This document shows positions 52,646 to 64,000 of a DNA stretch of 64,000 nucleotides, one piece after another (the first letter of the stretch is position 1; every line of letters begins with the position of its first letter). The stretch comes from Trichoplax adhaerens (Eukaryota > Animalia > Placozoa): assembly GCF_000150275.1 (NCBI RefSeq), contig NW_002060945.1:7392939-7456938 (forward strand), given 5' to 3'. Position numbers and translations under genes: made by a program. The notes beneath the pieces were generated by a model. That model saw only the letters and a program-made list of their open reading frames with translations, was not told where the DNA came from and did not search any database.

Positions 52646-53034
52646 ATAAAAAGAAAGAGAAAGACCAGAAATGGTCTTACAATATGCTACAATTTGGAGA
52701 CTGACTATTTTACAGTTTCTTCTAACTACAATAACGTGTGCCTACAACGAATAAGCTCGCTATATGCAATTAGATGCAGTCGATGGTTGCCGTCTAAATT
52801 AGCGGCTAGATTGGTTTTGTACAGTATGATTGACCATTTCAGTGATACCGTAGAGTAGAATGACCAGAAAGATGATAGTCCTGGTTATTATTTTGCGCTG
52901 AAGGGCCAGTTATCGTCTCGCTCTCTTACCTACTACTCATATAGTAGTCAAGGTTGCAGTGTTTGTATACAACTACTGTAATGCCACGCTATTAGTAAAC
53001 TGTTATTAAGGATTCTAGTGTGACACCATCAACT

Positions 53035-53335
53035 GGTACGTACTGAACTGAACCGAACTGCACTGAACTGAACTGCACTGAACTGAACTGCACTGAACTG
53101 AACTGCATCGAACTGCACCATACTGAACTGAACTGAACTGAACTGCACCATACTGAACTGAACCGAACTGAACTGAACTGAACTAAACTAAACCGAACTG
53201 AATGGAACTGCACCTTACTGAACTGAACCGGACTAAGCCGTGCTGAACCGGACCAGCCTGAACTGTGCCGAACCGAACTGTACTGACCTGCACCGTGTCG
53301 TACTGTAACGCGCCAGACTATACCGTACCGTACCC
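53035..53335. repeat. Degenerate pentanucleotide satellite (ACTGA/ACCGA/ACTGC)n upstream of BCAS2
   Basis: About 300 bp of 5-bp periodic sequence. It produces the spurious minus-strand (VQFSS)n ORF. Confidence 0.93.
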
Positions 53336-53646
53336 GTCGTCTCTCATCATACTGTAGAATAGAGTGGAGTCGAGCGTCGAGCGTGTTGAGGTCGTTGAAA
53401 TGCCCAAATACACTAGTCAGCCTGATCATTTTTCAGTCATTCTACTGTACTCTACCACTCCAACCGTATACTATACTGCCTTCTGAAGAAGAGACACTGG
53501 TACGCATGCGTGAGATCTTCAAACAAGGGACAGAGTCGACAGACATGCTCAGCAGATACTGAGTACGGAACGCATTTCCAACAGACTGTTTTCACCAAGC
53601 TTTTACTCCATTGCACACGTTCAACGTTGGCCTTGAATTAATCGAC

Positions 53647-56271
53647 ATGTCTACCGATGCTTTACCTTATTTTGATCGAGAGTATGAAGATGCATACATT
53701 AAAGAGATGGTAAGTTTAAAGGCTAAATGAGTATACTATCAATGCTACAAATGAGAATATTCTGTCTAGTGTTGGGAAGCAGTGATGTCCACGTTCATAG
53801 GATACTGAAATTGATGATCGGCTTGTATTTTCTGCATGAAAACGACTGACGATCTTGCCTAGAAATCAATTCTTCATGCTTGAACGACAGACAATTGAAA
53901 TTCCATATTAGACTTTCGTAATCAATATCAGTTATCTAGTTCATTCCATTGGCGATACATATCGTAGTCAATAGGATGTGAAACGATTGTCAAAGTGGAT
54001 CATTGAAACACTGACAGTAGATTTTGTGTTAGAAATTTGCGACAATTTGTAATCTCTCTTATAAGTAGTGCGTTAATAAGACGGATGAAATCGTTCACAC
54101 GCTGAGAATTAGCTTTAGAAAGTTAACGACAACGATGTTGAAGTTTGAATAATTGACATTAATTTACAATGGATGTAGTCTGCGTGGAATAGAAATAGTT
54201 CTTAATCCATGAGCAATGATGAACATATCGTTTTCAAATGATTTATATTATGCTTTTATTATCGTGCAGGTACACCATCTACTTGAAGAAGAAACGAAAC
54301 GTTTTCGACCTTCTAAGAAATATTTAGAGAATTTACCACCACCGAATGATAGCGCCTTCGTAGTAAGTTTCTACGGTTATTTTTGAATAGCTTCAAGCGA
54401 AATATGGTTATATTAACGACGTGTTAGTAACTGAAACTGAAATACAACTACCTTGATGACGATTACAGTACAAGGCCTTTAGTGCTAAAATTTCACTGTA
54501 GTCATGATTAACATGCGTAAAGTACTCAAAGTGTGACTATTGTCGAGCTTTCATGGATACTTATTCATCTCAGCAACATGATAATGTCATATTGTTAGCA
54601 TTTGACTAAGATAACTTGATAAATCTTGATATCCCTCAGTTTGATAATTGACCAATGCGTACTAGCTAATGGCGATAGATGTAATTTGTTCGTGCAGCAA
54701 TGTTGCAGTATTAAGGCTATCCATGACATTCAGATATTACTCATTTCGTGATGTTAAAGCTCTACTAATGATAATGATATAAATGGATTAGACGCCTATT
54801 ATGAAAAAAGAATTTGAAAGAATAGCTGCTAATCAACCCATGGATCTTCTCAGTATGAAAAGGTATTAATATTATACGAATATGTTCTTAATAATAACTA
54901 ATACACTGAACAATGGCTACTAGAACTTGCAAACTACTAGCCAATTATATGGTAGTGATCAAGCATAAAACTCTTGAAAATTATTGACAAGCGTATAGCT
55001 TATACAAAATGATGGTTTATTGTGGTTGTTTTAATCTTTTCCTACACTCTTATTAGGTACGAGTTGCCTCCTCCTCCCGTAACTCAAAGAAATGACCCGC
55101 ATGCTTGGAAAGAATGTGTAGATAATTCTTCGGCGCAACTAGAGCACCAGGCTGTTAGGTATTTTATGGCCTCAGTAGTAGTATAAATTTATTCAATCGT
55201 ATTATAAGCCAAGGATATTTTAATGTTTTGATAGATCTTATGTTTAGATGTAACTTTACTTCGATAGTGCACTTTTTGTTGGTATATTAGCTAGTCTTCA
55301 CTCATTGACTATATGATGGAATTTTTTATTGTTTCAGGATTATTAATTTACAACTATTGACAAAATATGGCTCTAATTCATGGCGGGTCTATATAGAGTA
55401 ATAATCTGACGTTAAAGTTTATATAATCTGACATCATCGATAGCGTTACATGACTAAGGCTTGCTGTATCTTACTTGTCTGTGATGTAGATTACTAAATG
55501 AAATGCTAACTAACCAAAGAAAAGAAGTGCAAGGATTAACGTAAGCGTAATTTGTTATTTGTCGGCTATTTTCTTCTCTATTACATTCTCAGCAATGAGT
55601 GGTGGTAATATTTTTCAAGTTATCGATAAGTTTGTGGTACCTTATTCACGTTATGGAAAAAATTTCTGATTCTTTTATTGTACAGGAGAAAAATTCAAGA
55701 AATTAATTGGCAAAGAAAGAACGAGCAGGTAGCGTAAATACAGTAATTTATACTTTCGCATAGGTATTTGCGAAATGAATTTTATATTTATCTATCGTCT
55801 GCTATACACATAGACAAACTGTGGAAGTGAATTGGCTAACTTAGAAGCTAGGTAAGTGAATTCAGAGTACAGTTTATTGCTGCTGAAAATAAAATATAAT
55901 TCTAATGGTTATATATGAGCAACCAGCGTCATACAGTTTCATGGTATAGACAAGGTTTTATTGATGTTTTAGGTTTGAGGCTAAATACGTTATTTAAGAG
56001 CAAACTTATACTACATTTCTGTTCTTTTACTTCATAATATTCTTACATGTATTATATAATTACAGCTGGTTTGCTATGGTGCGAAAAAATTACGATATTG
56101 AGCAAGCATGCTTGGAACTCGAAGCCCAAATTGACGCTTCTAGCAAGGAAATGGGCACTAGGTATGTTGATAGTCCAGTATTGACGTAATATTGTTTAAC
56201 TTCTGAAGTATTTTCATAATCTTCTTAGTGCACAGAACGGGAATAACGTCAATATTCAAGAAGAAAGTTAG
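53647..56271 (+). CDS. BCAS2: Pre-mRNA splicing factor SPF27 / BCAS2 (Prp19 complex)
   Basis: Exons 53647-53709, 54270-54362, 54792-54862, 55057-55158, 55338-55397, 55490-55540, 55686-55728, 55814-55851, 56066-56161, 56229-56271 give [99 protein letters not shown]. If the last intron is retained, the stop falls at 56187-56189. Confidence 0.96.
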
Positions 56272-57546
56272 CGTCTCATTGCCATCTGTAATATTCTGTA
56301 AATTTTTATTGTAACTACCCATAATATAACAATTTTCTATTTCCTGAAGTACATTTAGCATTCATGTTAAATACTCAATTTCTACTAATATCTGTAGAAT
56401 TACTGTTTTACATGAATACATCGGATGGATATTACCTAATTATTTGTTATGAAATTGCTGTAGAAGCATCCCAGAAGGCAAGCTTCTGGGATCTCCCAGT
56501 AAATATCTCCGCATATAAAATGATTATTACTAGTTTGTTGCAGACAGTTATATTGTCTTTCATTTTTAGTACCAACCATAAATTTTTCTAAGCTTACACG
56601 TATTAGTGATGTTTTGACACTTAGAATAGTTAGTCTAGCATAGTGAAGCGTTCGTGTCGTTGTTACTTCTAGCCATCTGATGGTACTTACCTGTGATTTT
56701 TAATTTTTGTGTTGCTTTTTTTTTACGTTATGAGGTTGCACAATCGTACCTGTACTATGAAGATTTTGTATTATATGTACCTTATCGCGTATATCATCTT
56801 AATTATACAGTAATACATATTATTCATTTAGTACGGTGTACTAGGCCACTTTCTGGCTATTTTATTATTTTTAAAACCATGTGAATGCTTATCCGTGATT
56901 CGAAGATATATGGTTCTTGTGGTATATTGATCTCATATGAATACGTAAGAGTGCCGACGTCATAATGAATGCGAATAGGGTCGATGATGGTTCGTCGGGT
57001 TAGCCCTGATTACTTCTACTTGAAAATAAAAACTGTTAATAATCTCTGTTGTTAAATTTAAAATTTTTAATGTTTTTTAATACATTACATGAGTGAAAAG
57101 CAAGAATGTGTTATATACGCATAAGTATTATTAGGTTTTGCATACAAAATATTAATAAATGAGCCCGAGATTTACACAAGGCGTTATATTATAGCATTTC
57201 TAACCAAAAGGCAAAGCTAAATTCAGTTTACAATTACTGTTTGATAACAATGACCTTCCCAAATGAGTAACACATAAACTTAGAGGAGAATTTACAATTG
57301 GGCAATTTATAATCTAATATTACACCTTATCTAACCGCCAACCGTAACTATAGCAACACAAGTTATTAATATTAAATTCATACGCGGAACAGGAGGCAGT
57401 ATTCCAATCATTATATACGCTCTTGGCTAATAATTTTTCATAGTATGATCTCTCTAGTACCGTAAATATTGCCTTTACAATATAGCAATCTGTAAACATC
57501 GATATACCCACTAAATACGTTTTTGTTACCATCTATAAAAAAATGT

Positions 57547-58680
57547 TTAGTTGCCAAACGCTTTAGAAATCCTGTCGGGTTGCAAATCAGTGCTTAAGCT
57601 GATTTTCATAAACTTACTGCTGGAATATTTGGTTCTTACAGCCTATGAGTTAAAGCAGAACTAGCGATTAATAAGTGTCTTTTGTCTAGAAGTATATTAG
57701 ATAGACATTAAGCTGTGATGTAAGCGATAAAGTGCAGGAAGAAATTTTTAGTAGTATTAACCTGATATTTGGATGTAGCTGATTTAGATACTATATTAAC
57801 AATTTTTCGAGCAATTGGATATAGCTTTTCTTCTGTATAACCGCTGTAGTGTTGTAAAGTTGCGTTCCATTCGAATTGATTACAAATTTTAACAGCTAGT
57901 AAAAGAGATGCACTGGCAATTTCTGAGGGTAAAAGAGAGACCATATCGTATTCTGGTAAGCATAATTCCATGAAATACTTCGCCATGGTGTGGTGTTGGC
58001 TATCGACCTAAAGGAATTGTAAATATATCGTATACTGTATAAGTGCTATGGAACAATATGAGCACATAAGCTATAATTTTATAATTATCAAATAAGTTCA
58101 TTAGAAAAATTTGTTAGCTTCTTCAAGGACTACCTAATTTGAATATTTTGGGACTAAGCTTTACGCTCTAAATTTAATTATAGCAATTTTAAAGATAACT
58201 TACATTTCCAGCTTTTGAATTACGCCGAAGAAAGTGTAAACTCAGAGGGTTTCCTAAGTTGAAATTTAATGTTTTCAACATAGTCACCTCCATGTCTAAT
58301 ATTTCATTTTTGGTGTAAGCATTGTCTGTTATATACACAAAATCTGCCACTTCTGGTGCGTAAATTTCTTCATATTTTGAAGCTATTAACATAGCAGTTA
58401 CACCGACCAATTGTAGTTTACTTCGATGAATTGATTGGGTCTAAAACGATTTTTAACCAGACAAATAATTAAGTCAAGACGTATTATTATGATCGGATAA
58501 TTTACAACGCTAATACAACAGTTCCAGCAATGAAATTTGCTTGTATGCCACAAATACACAAGGTAATTATATACAAACAAAACTCGATTATTAAAGCCTA
58601 AAGCTCTAATCAACTTACCTGTAAAAAGCGGTCAATAATATTGACGGTCAAGTAGAGAGTCTCTGTAGGAGGTGAAATCT
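57547..58680 (-). CDS. CCNB: G2/mitotic cyclin B (B1/B2-type), 3' part; 5' exons lost in the assembly gap
   Basis: Exons 58680-58619 (partial; [21 protein letters not shown] with an apparent 1-nt deletion), 58440-58204 ([48 protein letters not shown]), 58007-57762 ([23 protein letters not shown]) and 57642-57547 ([15 protein letters not shown]). FLRRxSKA is diagnostic of B-type cyclins. Confidence 0.95.
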
Positions 58681-58730
58681 NNNNNNNNNNNNNNNNNNNN
58701 NNNNNNNNNNNNNNNNNNNNNNNNNNNNNN
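58681..58730. other. Assembly gap (50 N) interrupting cyclin B
   Basis: Run of N directly abutting cyclin-box coding sequence. Confidence 1.
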
Positions 58731-58864
58731 CATATAAATAGTCAAGTGTCAACCAGATAGTATGCAGAATATGAAGGCAGACATGAATCTATCCTACTTT
58801 GGGTGTGATTTCTAACTTCCAGCCAGTCAGTAAAGTTTGTATGGACTGCAGGAGTCATTTCAGT

Positions 58865-59100
58865 ATATAGATTGGTCGAGTTGGAGATGAATGGATGACT
58901 GCACTCACTCTGGTATCATTGGAGGTGTACAATTGAAAAGTTGACGTTTTTTTTAAATTCGGCGACGCATCCTTGGCTGGCATTTGATTGGCTAGTTTGT
59001 CTCAGTGTCGTAACCGACCACCAGTACGGTACAGTACAGTACAAGTTGAAAAGTACTGTAGCAGTACAGTACAGTACAGTACTGTACTGTACTGCATTTG
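58865..59100 (-). promoter_or_regulatory. Candidate cyclin B promoter: three CCAAT boxes, CDE/CHR-like element, (CAGTA)n palindrome
   Basis: ATTGG (CCAAT on the minus strand) at 58871, 58918 and 58987; minus-strand CGTCGCCG-AA-TTTAAA at 58967-58952; perfect 28-bp palindrome at 59067-59094. Linkage to cyclin B assumes the scaffold join across the gap is correct. Confidence 0.4.
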
Positions 59101-62100
59101 TTGGACGGTAAAATGCGCTGTAATACTGTAGCGAATTTACTGTTACACGATACAAACTTGTCATTATAACGCGTTGTAAGTGTGAACGGCATACAGTACG
59201 TCTATGTACACAGTACTGTATAGAGAACATAGACAATAAAGAGAGAATAGGACTTAGTGATAGTTTTAAAATAACTTCAACTATGTGTACAATCTCTTGT
59301 CTCCCATACTAATTGAGAGTAGTAAGAACCTTCAATACAGTTGTTAGTATTAATTCTACAGAGTAATATAATACACTGTGTAATCAATCAAAATTCCCCC
59401 TTGCATAAAGGCTGTCACCCACGCGCTAGAAAGACAAGACAAACCCTTATTCCCTCTCTACGACAAGGGTGACAATTTGGATACACGTACACAATAAATG
59501 GACAGTATAGTACAGTACAGTACCGTCCATAAAATGTCGTCAACACTGTACACTGTACAGCAAGTACTGTACACTCTGCGTTTTGTAGGTCTGTTTACTA
59601 ACTTACTGCTAACTAATTGAAATGAATTAATTAATTAAATTAAGCAGAAATGATAAAAAGTTTCAACGTGATATTACTTTATTTAGAAAATATTAGTCAA
59701 TTCAAACTCGACCGTCTACTTGCTAAAGTACTTAAATTTTCTCAAATGTCAATGTTTTTAATAATACCGTACACAGAGTACGGGCAGTAATGTCAATGCT
59801 GTCTGTCTGATTATCAAAATCATGGACAGTTGAAGCAATTCTCCTCCTTCAGTATTGCCATAACGAAGAGAGTCATCAGTCTACGTACAGTAGGTCTTCT
59901 TCGTCTACAGTAATCCATGACTATAGTCAATTCATTAAGGTTAAGGTAGTCCTTGGTCAAGACCTTCGATCGTAATTAGTGGTGCATACTGTCCGCGTTC
60001 ATAGAATTACTATATGACCGTTCGTAGACGGTTTAACGGTGCTTTTTATTCAAATAAACGGTCTGCCCTTCGTCCACAATGTTGGGACCTTGAATTCCAT
60101 GTAGAACAGTAGCTCTAGCAGGCTATTTCGTTTAATTGAATTTGAATACGGTCTACTGTATGTTTCTGTGTTGTTCATTTAAACTGTCAGGGTTAAATGC
60201 CCGTAGTCTTTGACTGTGGAAATTTTCACGTACCATCGCTGCAGTCCTAATTCTGTTAATGTATATACTGTAGATTCCGCTATGTTGTTTGTTGCAATGA
60301 ACAGTATTTACTGTTAATAACTATAAAGCGAAAGAAAAACCACTTCACAGGATCTTATAATTAATCAAGTATTCTCCGTAATAAAAGATCAGAAAGTTGG
60401 TATATTATTAAGCAACAGAATACAGTAGATCATCTCAGTGTGTGTTTAAAAAGTACGTCGCTGCACTATTTAAAAGAGATTGTATTATGAAAGCACATAA
60501 GATCTGAAACTAACGTTTTCCATAGTCAAATTTACATCAAAATAATATCTCTAAGGTATACTAATGCACAGATCTTCATTCGCCTTTTTTCGGTTAATGA
60601 ATAAGCTAAACAACCAACTAATCATAATGCTTACTAAGCTAGCTGTGTCTACATAAAATCTGCAAACAAGAACTATCGTATACTATTCAATATCCAGACT
60701 GTAGACCGATCCCAATCTATTTTACAGTCCAGTGTATAACACCCGTCAATTAGTGCAACTGCACAGCCAGCTCCAGCTTATTGTAAATACGCGTATAGCT
60801 GATCTTACGATACTAGAAATCATTCAGATCTCATCAATTACCCACATAAAAGTGAAATTTCTTCGAAAGAATGTACTTTCGACCTACTATAGGTAAGTAT
60901 ACTTGATCATCTATTAATAGCGATAGCTCTAGCTATTAGAGTAAGCTATCCAATTCCTAAATATCAAATGATGGTTAGTGCAAAAATGCTACTGTAAAAA
61001 TAGTGCGGTAAATAGAATGCTAAACATAGCAAGAGGAGAATTATCGGTCGAAAATGCCGTATTATAAAATAAGTGAGTGGGTCATAGTAATTATGGTAAT
61101 ACTGTCATGGAATAGTAATCAGTCACATCTGAAAATTTCTTTTTCCATCGTTTGTAAAATATATCTTATTTGTTTGAACAGCATTTTAAATTTAAATTCA
61201 ACAAAACTGAATTTTATATCTTTTAACCTACCTATCCGTCCATTACTTTTTAAAATATTACAAGCTATAACACTAATTTAAACGTTTGAACGTAATAATT
61301 TAGACCTGATTCTAAAAATATTACAATATCACTACGGTACGGTAATTAACAACAAAGGCTAATCAATGATTAACAATATTTCGAGTGCAAAGAAAATTGA
61401 GTGGTGTTGGACAGTTAAGATTACAAGATCTAATATCTTTTCGATTAGACTACCAGGTTAATAACTATTTATGCTGTTCTACGTATGCTGGCAGTAAATA
61501 CTAACAAATGAAGTAGGTTTATTAATCCAGCATCACACCGCCTTTCACTTTGCTACACTCTTTCAGCTAGATCGGCGACAAACCCATATGATATGTGTGT
61601 TGCCTGGACAACCTTTCTAATATAAAAGTAGTAGATAGTTACACGACAGTCACTGACTTCCATAATTAGCTAAAATAATATAATGGACTAGTGATAGCTA
61701 CTAGTATATGAAATGAAGTCATTGGGTTGATTCTATTTTCCCCCCAATAGATGGATAATCTAAGCAAGACTAAGCGAAATTTTAATAAGTTTACATAGCA
61801 TCTTCTTCCGTATGCTATAAAAAAATTTGAAGGAAGTTGTTGTTATTCTCGTTGGTTCCTTACTATTGTTTCGATATGATTGTCTAAATTATTGCATCTT
61901 TTATGAAGTTTGCAGAGGAAAGTCATGTATTATTTTGCTCATTTGTACTTATTTAAAATTTGAAGGTTGTTTTTCTCCTCTTCCATACTTTACCATTGCT
62001 TTTCAATTTAACACAGGTTATCGTCAAAGTATATATAATAATAACATACATATTCGCCAGCTAATAATCTTTTGTTAAAATTGGCTAGTAGGAACGAAGT

Positions 62101-64000
62101 TTTTTGTATGCGTATGATCAATCCAATAAAATCACCCGAGTGAATGAATATTATAGAAATCGTTCTAGTTGATTTACATGATAGCGTAGGTAACTCTTGT
62201 ATTCTAATGCACTATAATGTCTGGAATAAGTAAGTTATTGTTATAAAAGGGTCTAGTTTTCTACACGCTCTTTGATACATAACCGCTTACTTCATAGCAA
62301 TAATTTGAAAATTGTAAGCCAAATTGCGTTCTACATAATCATCTATCCGTTCTGTAGTACTTTAAATTTATTTCACGAAACTGTGGCCAAAGGCTCTTCT
62401 CCCCTATACTAATTGGTGAACATGATTAATATACTATATTTTACACATGGACAGGCACTTCATAGTGATCTGCTTAATATTATGCAGTAATTCAATTTAC
62501 TTTATAGTAGAATTTGTCAAACGAAGAAATTATCTTATATAGCTTTAGTAAACAATAACAAATTCTTTTGTTTCATAGTTTAATTATATTTTTTGCATAC
62601 AATCTAATAGCAGGTTAGAAGTGTAGATGCTAGATAGATATTACAGTAAAATTTAATTAAAATCTCCATTAATCAAATATTTTTCGTTTATTAAAGTGAG
62701 TGCTGCACCTTTCTTCAGAATTTGGATGTAATATTTGATTAGATGTCTTAATAGCAGAGCTAGATTACTATAACAAGAACTAAAAACGTCTGCTTAAATT
62801 AACTTACCATGAAATCTAAGCCGCCTATATTAGACTTTAATAACTTTGCAGGATAAGCTAATTTGCATAAGAAACTTTGCTTAATACTATACATCGGCTT
62901 TTATTGTACTTACTTACCTACCATTTAAATAAAATTGTTGTCAGATACATAAAATAATTACGCTTTTTTCCATAATTTATTCACTGTGAATTATAAAGTA
63001 GATCTCTGCAAATACAAAAACAGTATAGTATACCTTATTACTTTAGCTTTCAGCTAAAAAGCACAACATTTAATATAATTTTTTTTAACACCTCTTACAA
63101 TAGCATCGACTTTCAGTTGCTACTGTTATTATTTATCATAATTATTGAAATTTAAAAAAATTCTGGCAGTGCATAAAAGTTTCAATCTGTTACATCATCT
63201 TTAAGTTTGATCTATTAACACTGTATTGGTCTGGATTTAATATAAACTACAGTGAGAACTTGAGGGTTTGTGAATAGTGTAAAATACTGATAAAGAGATT
63301 CGTTGGAGCTTGCTATTAATTTAATAATCTAAACAACAATATATACGATTAAGGTATAAATCTTTTCATGTAATTTATTTTCATTGATTTTGGGATAAGT
63401 CTATAATATGCGTTCATACCACCTGTTGGCTAGACATAATACGTCCTCAGCACCTACCGAAACAATAACGTAAGTTCTGAGAATTCTCATACATTTAAAG
63501 TGATAGCATTTATAATATATTTAATAAATATTAAGAATTAATATTAAGTATTAAGCTAAGTGAAATTTTAATTAGTTTGTATCTACTTTCGCTTGTTCTT
63601 AAATTTTTCAGGGAATTTCTGTCAGTCATGTAGGATTCTGGTACGTTACTTTTATTTCGAAGCAATAATTATCTATATTATATTATATCATACATGAGGT
63701 TTGTTTGTTAAGTCAGATATAAAGAGCGCAGCGCCATAGCTATATTTTAATAACTCTAAAAGGAAATCGAATGTTATTTTACTCATTAGCATCTATCATA
63801 TTCTACTTGAATTTAAAGGTTGTCTTCCCTGTCTATCCTATTATATCTTTGTTTATTATTATAGTTAATGGTTTAAGTTAAAATCTTTAAACAATAATAT
63901 TTTATTAAAATAGATCGATCAGAACAATTACCTTGATTACTTTCGTACACATAGTGACTAATTGAATGAGATGATTGCGGTAAATAGTTAATAGATATAT

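Noticed and set aside
52992-53429. 145-aa ORF with (VQFSS)n pentapeptide repeats
   Set aside because: Translation of a pentanucleotide satellite; conservation is at the 5-nt DNA level, not the codon level.
56960-57012. SECIS-like element (ATGA...TGA)
   Set aside because: No apical AA motif at the right spacing, and neither flanking gene has an in-frame UGA.

Overview
Eukaryotic, AT-rich, intron-dense animal DNA. It looks like a placozoan (Trichoplax-type) scaffold; this is inferred from the short introns, the composition and a pervasive TACAGTA/TACTGTA motif, not proven. By hand-splicing I find six genes: (1) the 3' end of an ARL14EP/ARF7EP homologue (+); (2) a type II membrane coiled-coil protein of GOLM1/CASC4/GOLIM4-like architecture with a 26-aa tandem repeat (-); (3) a complete 26-exon PDE8 (myristoylation motif-REC-PAS-PDEase) with an ~10.9 kb second intron (+); (4) CCHCR1 (-); (5) BCAS2/SPF27 (+); (6) the 3' part of a B-type cyclin (-) whose 5' exons disappear into an assembly gap. 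The most notable non-coding structures are two highly homogeneous tandem arrays upstream of gene starts (4x200 bp with a 12-bp E-box palindrome; 7x103 bp with a perfect CRE in every unit), pentanucleotide arrays near gene starts, several long near-perfect palindromes in PDE8 intron 2 (one with an apparent micro-inversion between duplicated copies), a 30-bp minisatellite, and a CCAAT+CHR-like candidate cyclin B promoter. There are two N gaps. I see no CRISPR, rRNA, tRNA or intact transposon, and most ORFs in the supplied track are spurious.
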